DNA of 64,000 nt from an uncultured delta proteobacterium (GCA_963727445.1 CAVSGI010000017.1:96001-160000); one strand, 5' to 3'; shown: positions 51,537 through 63,000, counted from the stretch's first letter. Notes: generated by a model from the sequence alone, not told the origin. Program-made: numbers and translations.

Positions 51537-52935
51537 TCAGGCCTTTCCATCAGGGGCCTGCGATTTGCCGCGCGCCTTCGCGGTTGCCTCGAGACCACCT
51601 TCGACCCAGTCGGTGCCGGCGTTGATGCGCTCGTTCCAGGTGATGGACTCGGGCGCCTTTCGCTTCTCCACCATGGAGATGCACCCTTCGACCGGGCAGA
51701 CGAGCTGGCAGAGGTTGCAGCCGACGCACTCCTCCTCGTGTACGAAGGGGATGCGCGCGCCGGGCGTCCCGCCCCTCGCGGTGACGGGACGGTCGGGGAC
51801 GTTCTTCGGGAAGGCGACGTGGCCCCGCTTCTTCTTCTCCTCGTCGCTCATGCCGGGAATGTGGATGCACTGATGCGAGCCATCCATACAGGCCACGAAG
51901 CAGAGCTGGCAGCCGATGCACTTGTCCGGATCGATGTCGGCGACGACGTGATAGTTCAGGTCGAGGTTGCCCCAGTCCTTGATAGGCGGGGACCGCTTTT
52001 CCGACGAGGTCCATGGCCGACGCCATCCCCTTTTCGTCGAGGAAGTCGCCCAGGCCCTCGATCATGTCTTCGACGATGCGGTAGCCGTAGTGCATCACCG
52101 CCGTGCACACCTGCACCGAGGTCGAGCCGAGGGCCATGAACTCCGCCGCGTCCCGCCAGTTGGCGATGCCGCCGATGCCGCTGATCGGCTTCGGGAAGAC
52201 GTGCGCGACCTGCCCGAGCAGGTGCAGGGCGATGGGCTTGACCGCCGGGCCGCAGTAGCCGCCGTTCGACGAGGCGTCCCCGACGCGCGGCAGCGGCACC
52301 ATCTTGTCGAGGTCGACGCCCACGATGGACTTCACGGTGTTGATCAGGCTCACCGCATCGGCGCCCGCCTCGAGGGCCGCGACCGCGGGCTCGGTGATGT
52401 CGCCGATGTTGGGCGTGAGCTTGACGATGACCGGAATCTTCGCCTTCTCCATCACCCAGCCGACGATGGTCTTGAGCACCTCGGGCTCGGCGCCGACGGC
52501 GGAGCCCATACCGCGCTCGCACATCCCGTGCGGGCAGCCGAAGTTCAGCTCGATGAGATCGGAGCCGACGTCCTCGACCTTCTGGATGATCTCGTGCCAC
52601 TCCTCGCGGGTGTCGACCATCAGGGAGGCGATCAGCACGTTGTTCGGGTACTGCTTCTTCACCTCCTCCATCTCGCGGAGGTTCACGTCGAGGGGGCGGT
52701 CGGTGATGAGCTCGATGTTGTTGAGCCCCATCAGCTTGGTGTTGCCGTAGTCGACGCCGCCGAAGCGGCTCGAGACGTTCACGATGGGGTTGCCGAGGGT
52801 CTTCCACACGGCGCCGCCCCAGCCCGCGTCGAAGGCGCGCTTGACCTGATCACCGGTGTTGGTCGGAGGCGCGGAGGCGAGCCAGAAGGGGTTGGGGCTC
52901 TTCACCCCGCAGAAGTCGATGCTCAGGTCTGCCAT
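51537..52935 (-). CDS. preA: Dihydropyrimidine dehydrogenase subunit PreA; apparent +1 frameshift near 51980
   Basis: NPFWLASAPPT, GWGGAVWKT, NNIELITDR, ELNFGCPHGM.ERGMG, GGYCGPAVKPIA; ferredoxin CIGCQLC and CVGCNLC in the shifted frame. Confidence 0.9.
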
Positions 52936-52952
52936 TCGTCCCTCTCCAATCC

Positions 52953-54278
52953 TCAGCTGAGCATCCGGGTGATCTCGCGGGCGGCGCGCTTGCCGTGCTC
53001 CGCGGCGTTGACGACTTCCTTGCCGCCGTTCACGCAGTCACCGCCGGCGAAGACCTTCGGGTTGCCGGTGCGGCAGGTCTCCTCGTCGACCTTCACCCTG
53101 CCCTTTTCGTCGAGCTCGACGCCCTCGAAGGCCTGAGCCAGCACGGTGAGGCGCGCCTGTCCAATGGCGAAGGCGACCGCGTCGCAGGCGAGGGTCTCGC
53201 TGGCGCCGTCCCCGGCCGTGCTCTCGACCTCGATGCCCACGATGGACCCGTCGTCACCGCGGACGACCTCGGCCACCCGCCGGTTCTCGATCAAGCGCAC
53301 GCCCTCCTTGCGGGCCGCGCTCATCTCGTGACGGTAGCCGCTCATCGCCTCCGCGGTCTTGCGGTAGACCATGTAGACGTCCGACACGCCGAGGAGGGCC
53401 AGCTCGCGCGCGATGTCGATCGCCGTGTTGCCACCGCCGATGATCGCGACGCTCGCGAAGCGGCTGAGGTCGAGGTTGTCGTCGCTCTTGATGCGCTCGA
53501 TGAGCGCCGTCGCGCCGTAGACCCCGGGGCCGTCCATGCCGTCCACGTCGAGGAAGTTGTCGGGACCGAGGCCGATGCCGATGAAGACGGCGTCGTAGTC
53601 CTCGAGGAGCGTCTCGGCGGAGACCTCGCCCTCCCGTGCCTCGCCGCCCACGACCGCGACCCCCGTCCGGAGCTCGATGCCGCCGAGCGAGAGGATGGCG
53701 TCGATCTCGTCGAGCGCATCCTCGGCCTTGAGCTTGTAGGGGGCGATGCCCAGCGTGTTGAGCCCGCCGGGGATCTTCTTCTGCTCGAAGATCACCGCGC
53801 TGTGCCCCTCGAGCGCGAGGTGGCCCGCGGCTGCGATGGACGCCGGCCCACCGCCGACGAGCGCGATCTTCTTGCCGGTGGAGGGCTTCTTGTTCTTCCC
53901 GATCAGCGCCGGGTCAGTGTCGAGCGCGACGGTGGTCGCGTAGCGCTGCAGTCGCCCGATGGCGATCGGCTCGCGGCCCCACTGGTTGTAAACGCAGTCA
54001 CCCGCGCAGAGCACCTCCACCGGACAGACGCGCGCGCAGGACGCGCCGAGCAGGTTGGACTCGAAGATGGTCCGCGCGGCGCCCTTGACGTTGTCGGTCG
54101 CGATCTTGTGGATGAAGGTCGGGATGTCGATCGACGTCGGGCACTTCTTGATGCACGGCGCGTCGACACAGTAGATGCAGCGGTTCGCCTCGGCGACGGC
54201 TTCGGCGTGGCTGTAGAGCGGCGCCTTGTCGCCGAGCTTCGACTCGAGCCGCTCTTTGGGAAGCGGGTAATCGGTCAT
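52953..54278 (-). CDS. preT: Dihydropyrimidine dehydrogenase subunit PreT (GltD-like)
   Basis: EANRCIYCVDAPC…CP..IDIP, CARVCPVE.LC, GGGPA, GGGNTAID, FAGGDC. Confidence 0.88.
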   Translation of the reverse strand: MTDYPLPKERLESKLGDKAPLYSHAEAVAEANRCIYCVDAPCIKKCPTSIDIPTFIHKIATDNVKGAARTIFESNLLGASCARVCPVEVLCAGDCVYNQWGREPIAIGRLQRYATTVALDTDPALIGKNKKPSTGKKIALVGGGPASIAAAGHLALEGHSAVIFEQKKIPGGLNTLGIAPYKLKAEDALDEIDAILSLGGIELRTGVAVVGGEAREGEVSAETLLEDYDAVFIGIGLGPDNFLDVDGMDGPGVYGATALIERIKSDDNLDLSRFASVAIIGGGNTAIDIARELALLGVSDVYMVYRKTAEAMSGYRHEMSAARKEGVRLIENRRVAEVVRGDDGSIVGIEVESTAGDGASETLACDAVAFAIGQARLTVLAQAFEGVELDEKGRVKVDEETCRTGNPKVFAGGDCVNGGKEVVNAAEHGKRAAREITRMLS

Positions 54279-55573
54279 CGTCCTGCCAGTGCGTCGAAGG
54301 ACTCGTCGAGGATGTTCAGTGCCTCGCCCAGGTCGTCCTTGGTGACGTTCAGCATCGGGCTGATGCGCAGCACGTTGCCGTGCAGGCCGCCCTTGCCGAT
54401 GAGAAGCTTGCGCTTCTTGGTCTCCTCGAAGAGCGCGCCCACCGCCTTGGCGTTCGGCGTGCGGTCGCCCTTGGTCTCGTCGACCACCAGCTCCACGGCC
54501 TGCATCAGTCCCATGCCGCGAACGTCGCCGACCATCTCGGGGTGCTTCTTCTGGATCTTCAGGAGACCCTCGCGGAGCTCCGCGCCCCGCTCCCGCGCGT
54601 TCCTCGGCAGGTCGTCGCGCTCGATGATGTCGAGGACGGCGCCTGCGGCCGCGGTGGAGACCGGGTTGCCGCCGAAGGTGGAGATGGTCGACTTGGTGAA
54701 GCTGTCGGCGACCACCGGCGTCGCCACGCAGGCGCCGAGGGGGAAGCCATTGGCGATGCCCTTGGCCATCGTCATGATCTCCGGCTCGACACCGTAGTTG
54801 TCGATGCCCCACATCTCGCCGGTACGACCGAAGCCGGTCTGCACCTCGTCGCTGATCATCACGCCGCCGTACTTGCGGACGATCTCGGCGGCGATCTCGA
54901 AGTACTCCTTCGGCGGGGTGATGAAGCCGCCCACGCCCTGGATGGGCTCCGCGAGCATGCCCGCGATGCGCCCGGTGGTCGTGGTCTGGATCAGCTCGTC
55001 GATGTCCTTGGCGCACTGAACGCCGCAGCTCGGATACTCGAGCTTGAAGGGGCAGCGGTAACAGTAGGGGCTCATGGCGTGCTTGATCGCCGCGACCTGC
55101 GTCGGGATGGCGCGATAGGGCGAGTGCGCCGTGAGCGACTGGGCGAGGAGCGACCGGCCCGAGTAGCCGTGGCGCAGCGCGACAAGCTCCTGATTGCCGG
55201 TGTAGACCTGCGCGAGGGCGACAGCGGTCTCGTCGGCTTCGGTCCCCGAGGCGACGAAGAACGCCTTGTCGAGGTTGCCGGGCGTCACCTTGGTGAGCTT
55301 CTCGGCGAGCTCCACCATCGGCACCGTCGGGTAGAGCGTGGAGACGTGGCTCAGCCGCCCGACCTGGGCGATCACCGCCGCGTTCACCTCTTCGTTGGCG
55401 TGGCCCACGGAGACCGTGAGGATCCCGCCGAAGAGGTCGAGGTACTCGTTGCCGTCGAGGTCACGGATCCGCGAGCCCTTGCCCTCGCTCAGGACGATGG
55501 GCTCCTGGTAGAAGTTGGCGACGGACGGAAACAGGTGCTTCGCGTGCTTTTCGCGAATCTCTTTGCTGTTCAT
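54275..55573 (-). CDS. Class III aminotransferase (beta-alanine/AGXT2-like)
   Basis: YLDLFGGILTVSVGH, SGTEA, AEPIQGVGG, DEVQTGFGRTG, AKGIANG; first gene of the pyrimidine operon. Confidence 0.88.
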   Translation of the reverse strand: MNSKEIREKHAKHLFPSVANFYQEPIVLSEGKGSRIRDLDGNEYLDLFGGILTVSVGHANEEVNAAVIAQVGRLSHVSTLYPTVPMVELAEKLTKVTPGNLDKAFFVASGTEADETAVALAQVYTGNQELVALRHGYSGRSLLAQSLTAHSPYRAIPTQVAAIKHAMSPYCYRCPFKLEYPSCGVQCAKDIDELIQTTTTGRIAGMLAEPIQGVGGFITPPKEYFEIAAEIVRKYGGVMISDEVQTGFGRTGEMWGIDNYGVEPEIMTMAKGIANGFPLGACVATPVVADSFTKSTISTFGGNPVSTAAAGAVLDIIERDDLPRNARERGAELREGLLKIQKKHPEMVGDVRGMGLMQAVELVVDETKGDRTPNAKAVGALFEETKKRKLLIGKGGLHGNVLRISPMLNVTKDDLGEALNILDESFDALAGR

Positions 55574-55736
55574 AGGCACTTTCGCCCCGCCCGCGCGGAG
55601 CGCCTCCCGCTTCCCCGCCTGGCGACGGCCAAGCCCTGGGAAAGACGACGACTTTGACCCGAGAACGGGTCTCCGTCCAACCTTCGTGCCCGAGTGAGCT
55701 AAACCCTCGAAATCGTTTCGTGAGTCGCCACAGGGC

Positions 55737-57761
55737 TCAAAAGCCACCGCCCGGGACCGGCAGCGAGGTCCCGTCGAAATTGATGCCATTGTCTCGATAG
55801 ACGACGCGGTCGCTGAGGTCGGCCGGATCGATCGTCCCGAGTTGGCTGTTCACGCCGACGGGGTTGTCGGCGATGAGACCGTCGCGGATGGACACGGCAC
55901 CGGGGGAGACGAGCTGCAGCCCGGCGACCTCGTGATTCGAGGTGATGAAGCGCTCCATGTCGAGACCACCGGAGTCGAGCACCACGATGCCCATCCCGGC
56001 CCCGTTGAGCGCGTTGGCCGCGGTCGCTTCGACGCGCACGTCGGTGAGGGAGAGCGAGCCGCTCGGCCCGAGGAGCATGACGCCCGCTTCGGTGCTTCGA
56101 AGCACCTCGCAGCGGGTGCAGCTGAACGTCGCGCCGAGCTGCACCGAGACCCCGCGGCCGCCAGCGCCCGCCGATGTCGGCACGTTGTCCGTCACCACCG
56201 CATCCTCGACCGCGAGCCGCGTATCCGAATCGGTGGCGATCACGGCGCCGCCGATGCTGCCTGGGCTCTGGAGACGCCGAACCGTCACGTCCGCACCCAT
56301 GCGGACCTCCACCGACGCGGCGGCACCGATCATCCGTGAGAGCTCGGGCGCGAGGTCGAGAGTGGTCAGGTCGTCGACCTCCACCAGGGTGCCCGGATTG
56401 ATGGCCGCGATCGCGGCCCCCTTGGTGCCTCGCGTCAGGACGCGCTCCATGACGACGGACTCCGCGGAGTCGATGACGAAGCCGATCCCTCCGGCCATGT
56501 CGCTCAGCTGAGGTCGCACGTCCTGCAGGATGGTGTCCCGGAGTGTGACGTTCAGACCGAAGCCGACCATGGTGAAGGCAGCGCCGGTCGTGCGCGCGAG
56601 GTGGAGCCGCTCGGCGGTCAACGTGCCGCGCACGTTGAGCCCGATCCCGTAGCCGGTATCCCCCCGGAAGGCATCCGACTCGACGTCGCGGATGACGACC
56701 GTGTCGAGATCGCCGTTGGTTCCGCCGGAGAGGAAGAGCCCCGCGCTGTGCACCCGCTCGACCACGACGCGGAGCGCTTCGACGGTGCCCCCCGCGGCTG
56801 CAGCGATGCCGTTGCCGAGGCCCGCATCCGGGCGGTCCACGACGTCCGTGACCGCCACGTCTTCGACGCGCAACGAGCCGCCGCCGTTGATCCCGATCCC
56901 TGCCGCGACGCTCCGCTGGATCACACCCTGACGAATTTCGACGCGGCTCGTGTCGTTGATGAAGACGCCGAAGCCTACGTCCGTCGATTGGTTGTCGGTG
57001 TCGCGGATCGCGATCCGCTCGGCCACGACCGACGCCATCCCGGTGGCCGCCAGAGCGATGAGCGCGACGCGCACCTGCAGATCGCGGAGGTGGCACTCTC
57101 CATCCGACGCCCGGATGCCGGGGCGCAGGCCGGCGACCGTCAGGTTCGACAGAGACGATCCCGCGCCCATGAGCACGCCATGGGTCGACAGATCCCCGGC
57201 GGGGAGGTCGAGGACGGTCTCGGCGACACACGCCCCGACCAGGGCGACGTCGGCGGGGAGGTCGAAGGTCTCCGGATAGACGCCGACCGACACGGCGATG
57301 GTGTCGCCCGCCGTGGCCACCGCCACCGCCTCGGCGATCGTCCCGAAGGGAGCGCTGCGGCTTCCGTCGCCGCCCGTCTCCCCGGCGCGGACGTAGTGAA
57401 CGGTCGAATCGGCGGGCAGGTCGGCGGGCCAACCGTCGGCGGCGCAGCTCGTCCCGAGCGGCGCACAGCGCGCGTCCCCGGGGAAGCGAACCTGGTCGTC
57501 CGGGCAGCCCTCCCACGCGGCGGGCCACGGCTCACACGACTGTGCGCCGGCGACATCCAGAGGCGTCCATCCCGCGGGGCACTCGCCGAAGGAAGGAAGC
57601 GCAGGAGCCGCGGGGGGCGCTGGCGTGGTCGGCATGAAGACGGCCGAGTCCACGGCGCCGTCGGCAAGGCCGGTGTCGCCGGCGTCGATGATGGCGCCGT
57701 CGTCGCCGCAGGCCGCCACACATGACACGAGCGCGACGAGCGACCAGCGTAGGTGCTTCAC
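55737..57761 (-). CDS. Lipoprotein with right-handed parallel beta-helix repeats
   Basis: Lipobox VAAC; YV…GDGSR.APF.TI.EAV…GDTI.V..G.Y.E; repeated beta-helix rungs. Confidence 0.75.
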   Translation of the reverse strand: MKHLRWSLVALVSCVAACGDDGAIIDAGDTGLADGAVDSAVFMPTTPAPPAAPALPSFGECPAGWTPLDVAGAQSCEPWPAAWEGCPDDQVRFPGDARCAPLGTSCAADGWPADLPADSTVHYVRAGETGGDGSRSAPFGTIAEAVAVATAGDTIAVSVGVYPETFDLPADVALVGACVAETVLDLPAGDLSTHGVLMGAGSSLSNLTVAGLRPGIRASDGECHLRDLQVRVALIALAATGMASVVAERIAIRDTDNQSTDVGFGVFINDTSRVEIRQGVIQRSVAAGIGINGGGSLRVEDVAVTDVVDRPDAGLGNGIAAAAGGTVEALRVVVERVHSAGLFLSGGTNGDLDTVVIRDVESDAFRGDTGYGIGLNVRGTLTAERLHLARTTGAAFTMVGFGLNVTLRDTILQDVRPQLSDMAGGIGFVIDSAESVVMERVLTRGTKGAAIAAINPGTLVEVDDLTTLDLAPELSRMIGAAASVEVRMGADVTVRRLQSPGSIGGAVIATDSDTRLAVEDAVVTDNVPTSAGAGGRGVSVQLGATFSCTRCEVLRSTEAGVMLLGPSGSLSLTDVRVEATAANALNGAGMGIVVLDSGGLDMERFITSNHEVAGLQLVSPGAVSIRDGLIADNPVGVNSQLGTIDPADLSDRVVYRDNGINFDGTSLPVPGGGF

Positions 57762-57780
57762 CGGTGCATCGTACTCGATC

Positions 57781-57814
57781 GGGCACGGGCACGGGCACAA
57801 GCACGGGGCACGGG
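57781..57814 (+). repeat. GGGCAC hexamer microsatellite
   Basis: (GGGCAC)3-AAGCAC-GGGGCAC-GGG in the intergenic gap. Confidence 0.7.
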
Positions 57815-57836
57815 AGCCGGTTGCCGAGGCAACCGG

Positions 57837-59996
57837 CTAGCGCCGGATGTCGAGGAGATCGAGGATGAAAGCGTAGGTGAGCGCCGTCTCACGATGGCGG
57901 CGGAAGCGGCCCGAGGCGCCCCCGTGGCCCGCGTCCATGTTCACCGAGAAGAGCAGCCGGTGGTCGTCGGTCTTGAGCTCTCGCAGGCGCGCCACCCACT
58001 TCATCGGCTCCCAGTACTGCACCTGCGAGTCGTGGAGCCCGGTGATGACGAGCATGTGGGGGTAGGCCTGCGCGCTCACGTTGTCGTAGGGCGAGTAGCT
58101 CATCATGTAATCGAAGTACGTGCGGTCGTTCGGGTTGCCCCACTCGTCGTATTCGAAGGTCGTCAGCGGGATGGTCTCGTCGAGCATGGTGGTGACGACG
58201 TCGACGAAGGGCACATCGGCGACGATCGCCAGGAAGAGCTCCGGCGCCATGTTGGCGACGGCGCCCACCAGGAGCCCGCCGGCGCTTCCGCCGTGCGCGA
58301 AGAGTCGATCGGGCGCGGTCCACCCCTGGTCCACCAGGTAGCGCGCGCAATCGATGAAATCCTCGAAGGTGTGCCGCTTCTCGAGGAGCCGGCCGTGCTC
58401 GTACCAGGCGCGGCCCATCTCCTGCCCACCGCGGATGTGGGCGATGGCGTAGATGACACCGCGGTCGAGGAGACTGATCCGTGTGGACGAAAAGGTCGGG
58501 TCGAGGGAGTAGCCGTACGCGCCGTAGCCGTACAGGAGTAGCGGTTGGGGCTGACTGCGATCGAGGTCGCGCCGATAGACGACGGAGATCGGCACCGCCG
58601 TGCCGTCGCGCGCCGTGGCGGTGAGACGGGTGGTCGCATAGGCCTCCGGATCGAAGTCGCCCTCCACGCGATCACGCTTGCGGAGCGTCATCTGGCGCGT
58701 CTCCATGTCGTAGTCGTAGACCGACCAGGGCGTGGTCATGGAGCTGTAGTCGAGGCGCAGGGTGGTGGTGTCCGGCTCGGAGTTCGTTCCGATGTCCGCG
58801 TAGTACGCCGGCTCTTCGAAGGCGACCTCGTGGGCAGCGCTTCTGTCGGCCCAGGGGATCACCCGCACGCGCGCGATCCCGTCACGTCGCTCCGCGACCA
58901 CCAGATGATCGTCGAAGAGCTCGAAGCCGCGGAGGTGCACGCCATCGCGCGCCCCGATCTCCTCGCGCCAGTTCGTCTTGTCCTCGCTCCGCCCGGGCTC
59001 CACCGACATCAGGCGAAAGTCGCGGGCCTGCCAGTTGGTGCGGATCCAGAAGCGCCCCTGGAAGTGATCGATGTCGTACTCGTGATCGTCCTCGCGATCG
59101 AGAAAGAGCACCGGCTCCGACTCTGGGTTTCGCGCATCCACGTAGCGGTATTCGTGGCTGAGGGTCTGGTAGCTCCCGATGAGGATGTATCGCCGGGAGC
59201 GGCTCCGGCTGATACCCAGGAGGAACTCGGCATCGGTCTCGTCGTAGACCATCACGTCCTCGCTGGACGCGGTTCCGAGGGTGTGTCGCCAGACCTGATG
59301 CGCGCGCAGCGTTCCTTCTTCACGCTTGATGTAGAAGACGGTGCGGTTGTCGAGCGCCCAGACCAGCGCGCCGGTGGTTCCCTCGATCACGTCGGGGAGG
59401 CGCTCGCCGGTCTCGAGGTCACGGAAGCGCGCGGTGTAGATCCGCCGGCTCACGGTGTCCTCGGCGTAGGCGAGGATCTTGCCGTCGACGGTCACCGTCA
59501 GCCCCGTGGCCGCGTAGTACTCGTGGCCCTCCGCCTCGGCATTGGCGTCGAGGATGACCTGCTCCTCCGCGTCGAGGTTCCCTGCCTTGCGGCAGTAGAT
59601 CGGGTACTCCTTCCCCTCCTCGACGCGGCTGTAGTACCAGTAGCCGTCGAGGCGATAAGGCACCGACTCGTCATCCTTCGGGATGCGCGCGACAATCTCT
59701 TCGTAGAGCGCCTCGCGAAAATCTGCGACGGGCGCCAGCATCCCCTCCGCGTATTCGTTCTCCGCACGGAGATGAGCCAGCACCTCGGGATCGCTGCGGT
59801 CGTCGCTGCGCATCCAGAAGTACGGGTCCTGACGAACGACCCCATGCTCTCGATGTTCGTACGGAACCTGCTTCGCGATGGGTGGGGTCATGTGTCGTTC
59901 TCGGGGAGGGTGGTCGGTGTGGGTGACGGTCGTCCGCGTCCCGCCGCAGGCCATGGCGAGGAGGAGGAAAGCGTGGGAGCAGAGGCGCAGAGCCAT
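57837..59996 (-). CDS. ptrB: Oligopeptidase B (S9A) with lipoprotein signal
   Basis: DPYFWMR, LLYGYGAYG, AHIRGG.EMG..WY, GGSAGG, VPFVDV, EYDEWGNP, HDSQVQYWEP, AGHGG. Confidence 0.92.
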   Translation of the reverse strand: MALRLCSHAFLLLAMACGGTRTTVTHTDHPPRERHMTPPIAKQVPYEHREHGVVRQDPYFWMRSDDRSDPEVLAHLRAENEYAEGMLAPVADFREALYEEIVARIPKDDESVPYRLDGYWYYSRVEEGKEYPIYCRKAGNLDAEEQVILDANAEAEGHEYYAATGLTVTVDGKILAYAEDTVSRRIYTARFRDLETGERLPDVIEGTTGALVWALDNRTVFYIKREEGTLRAHQVWRHTLGTASSEDVMVYDETDAEFLLGISRSRSRRYILIGSYQTLSHEYRYVDARNPESEPVLFLDREDDHEYDIDHFQGRFWIRTNWQARDFRLMSVEPGRSEDKTNWREEIGARDGVHLRGFELFDDHLVVAERRDGIARVRVIPWADRSAAHEVAFEEPAYYADIGTNSEPDTTTLRLDYSSMTTPWSVYDYDMETRQMTLRKRDRVEGDFDPEAYATTRLTATARDGTAVPISVVYRRDLDRSQPQPLLLYGYGAYGYSLDPTFSSTRISLLDRGVIYAIAHIRGGQEMGRAWYEHGRLLEKRHTFEDFIDCARYLVDQGWTAPDRLFAHGGSAGGLLVGAVANMAPELFLAIVADVPFVDVVTTMLDETIPLTTFEYDEWGNPNDRTYFDYMMSYSPYDNVSAQAYPHMLVITGLHDSQVQYWEPMKWVARLRELKTDDHRLLFSVNMDAGHGGASGRFRRHRETALTYAFILDLLDIRR

Positions 59997-60033
59997 GAGG
60001 GAGCGGTAGCCGGCCAAGGGAGGGTTTTCAAGT

Positions 60034-60049
60034 TGGCCGGGCCTCTGCA
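60034..60049 (+). promoter_or_regulatory. Possible sigma54 promoter
   Basis: TGGCCG-GGCCT-CTGCA with GG-N10-GC spacing, about 27 nt before ATG60076; imperfect match. Confidence 0.35.
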
Positions 60050-60075
60050 ACTCCGTAATCTGTGCCGACGGCCCC

Positions 60076-63000
60076 ATGGGCGAGCTCGACGAGACAGAGA
60101 CGGCGCGCGGCGCCCTTCCCGGGCAGCCGCTCGCACCCGAACCGTCCGAGCCGTTGATCCGGGGCATGATGCTCACCGATCGGCTGCGCCTGGTCCGTCC
60201 TCTGGACCGCGGCGGGATGGGGTCGGTGTGGGTCGCCGAGCACCTGGGGCTCGGCAACGAGGTCGCGGTCAAGTTCGTCCTCGGTCGCGCCAACGACAAT
60301 CGCGCGAAGCGGCTGGCGCGCGAAGCGCAGCTCGCCGCCCGCCTGGTGCACCCGCACGCGGTGCGCGTCTTCGATCACGGCGTGACCGATCACGGCACGC
60401 CGTTCATCGTGATGGAGCTCCTCGAAGGCGAGACGCTCAACGACCGGATCCAGCGCGCGGGGCGGATGACCATCGACGAGGTGCGCCAGCTGGTGACGCA
60501 GGTCACGGGGGTGCTGGAGGAGGCGCACGGCCTCGGCATCGCACACCGCGACATCAAGCCGCACAACATCGTGCTGCTGGAGGCGACCGAAGGCCTCTTC
60601 GCCAAGGTGCTCGATTTCGGCATCGCGAAGTCTCTGGATGAGGACATCTCATCGAGCTTGACGACCGAAGGCGAGGTCATCGGGACGCCGGTCTACATGG
60701 CACCCGAGCAGTTGGTGGAGGGGCTGCCCGCAGGAGAGAGCGCCGACCTCTGGGGGCTGACGGTGGTCGCTTATCAGGCGCTCACCGGGCAGCGGCCCTT
60801 CGAGGGGCGCACCCGCGCCGCGCTGGGCGTGGCCATCCTGCTCGGTCGTTACGCCGCCCCCTCGGCGATCGATCCCGCCGTGCCTTCCGACATCGACCGC
60901 TTCTTCGCCGACAACCTCTCCGTCGAACCGAGCCAGCGATGCGCCACGGCGAGCGAGCTCCGCGAGAGCTTCCAGAAGGCCGCGACGAGCAGCGCCCGGG
61001 GGACAGCTCGAAAGCCCCGCCACGAGGGCCGCCTGGTGATCCCCGATCGACTCTACGGGCGGGAGCGAGAAGTGGCGACGCTGCTCGGCGCATTCGATCG
61101 GGCGGCGGCGGACCGCTCGCGCCTGGTGCTGATCGCGGGGTACTCGGGCATCGGCAAGACCGCGCTGGTCGCCGAGATCGAAACGCCCCTCGACGCGCGC
61201 GGCGCGACCTTCGTCGGGGGCAAGTTCGACCAGTTCGACAGGGGCACGCCCTACGCCAGCCTGGTGCAGGCCTTCCGCGGTCTGGTGCTCCGCATCCTGT
61301 CGGGCAAGGAGCGCGAGGTCTGGCGCCGGCGCATCGTTCGGGGCGTGCGCGAGAACCTCGCCGCGCTGACCGACGTGATTCCGGAGCTCACGGATCTCAT
61401 CGGCCCTCAACCCGCGCTCGAGCCCGCTTCGCCGGGCGAGGCGCGCAGCCGTTTCCAAGCGACCATCGGTCGCTTCGTCGCCGCCCTCGCCTCGTCGGAG
61501 CGGCCCCTGGCGATCTTCCTCGACGACCTGCAGTGGGCGGATCTGCCGTCGCTGGACCTCATCGCTTCTCTCGCGACGAACCCGGAGAGCCGACACGTCC
61601 TGTTGATCGGGACCTATCGCGACAACGAGGTCGACGAAGCACATCCGCTCACGGCGATGATCGGACGCGTGCGCGACTCGGGCGCGGCCCTCGACGAGGT
61701 CGCCCTCGGGCCGTTGGGTGAAGAGGCGGTCTTGGATCTCGTCACCGACGCGACCCACAACGCGCCCGGCCGCGTGCGCCTCGCGGTGGAGTGCCACAAG
61801 AAGACGCGCGGCAACGCTTTCTTCCTCCGTCGCTTCCTCGAATCGCTCACCGAAGCCGACCTGCTCCGCTTCGACGCCGACTCGAATACCTGGACTTGGG
61901 ATCTCACCGAGATCCAAGCCGTGCCCATGGCGCCGAGCGTGGTCGATTTCGTCGCGGACGAGATGCGGCGCATGCCAGAGCCCCAGAGGCAGCCCCTGGG
62001 CGTGGCCGCCTGCATCGGCGCGCGCTTCGACCTGGCGGTGCTCGCGTTCGTTCTCGGCATCGATCGAGGCCGCGCCCTCGAGGCGCTCCGTGGAGCGCTC
62101 GAGTCCGAGATGGTCCTGCCCGAGACGCATGGCAGCTGGCTGGCCGGCCCCATCGACCTGCACGAAGGGCGACTCTCCTTCCGCTTCGCCCACGACCGCG
62201 TCCGGCAGGCCGCGCGCTCTCTCGTGGACGACGAAGCGGCCGCGCTGATCCACGGGCGCGTGGGGCGCTACCTCCTCGACCACCTCGACCCCGCGGAGCG
62301 CGAGCAGCGGCTCTTCGAGGTCGTCGAGCACCTGAACCGCGGGGGCGCGGAGGACCTGGAGAGCACCGGTGCGTCGCGCTTGCGCCGCCTGAATCTCGAC
62401 GCGGGCAAGCGGGCGCTCGCCTCCGCCGCGTTCGAGCCGGCGTTTCGCTATTACCAGGAGGCGCACGCTCGCCTGCCGCAGAGCGCCTGGGACGATGGCT
62501 ACGCCGAGACGCTGGACATCCACGTCGAAGGGGCGCGGGCCGCCTACCTGAGCGGCGAGTACGACGCGATGGAAGAGCTGTTGGGCGTCGCCCTCGCGCG
62601 GGCGAAGAGCCCGGTGGAAAGGGCCCGGGTTCAACAGGTGCGCCTTTCGGCCCTGGTGAGCCAGGAGCGCTTCGTCGAAGCCTTCGCCCTCGCCTCGCCG
62701 GTCCTCGCCGAGCTGGGGGTGACGCTCCCGGAGGCGCCCACCGGCGAGGACGTGAAAGCCGCGGTGGGCGCATCCCTGGGCGTGATCCAAGAGCATGGGG
62801 CCGAGGCGATCCTCTCCCTCGAGCGATGCGAGGACCCCGAGGTCGTCGCCGCCATGCACATCCAGTATCAGGTGATGTCGAGCGCCTACCTCGTGCAGCC
62901 CAACCTGGTGCCGGTCCTGACCTCGAACATGGTCCGGGCGACCGTGGAGCACGGCCTGTGCAGAGAGTCGCCCTACTGCTTCAGCGTGCTCGCCCTGGTC

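Noticed and set aside
55675..55692. Sigma54-like GGGCAC-GAAGG-TTGGA upstream of the pyrimidine operon
   Set aside because: The -12 element is GG rather than GC; the context is suggestive but the match is insufficient
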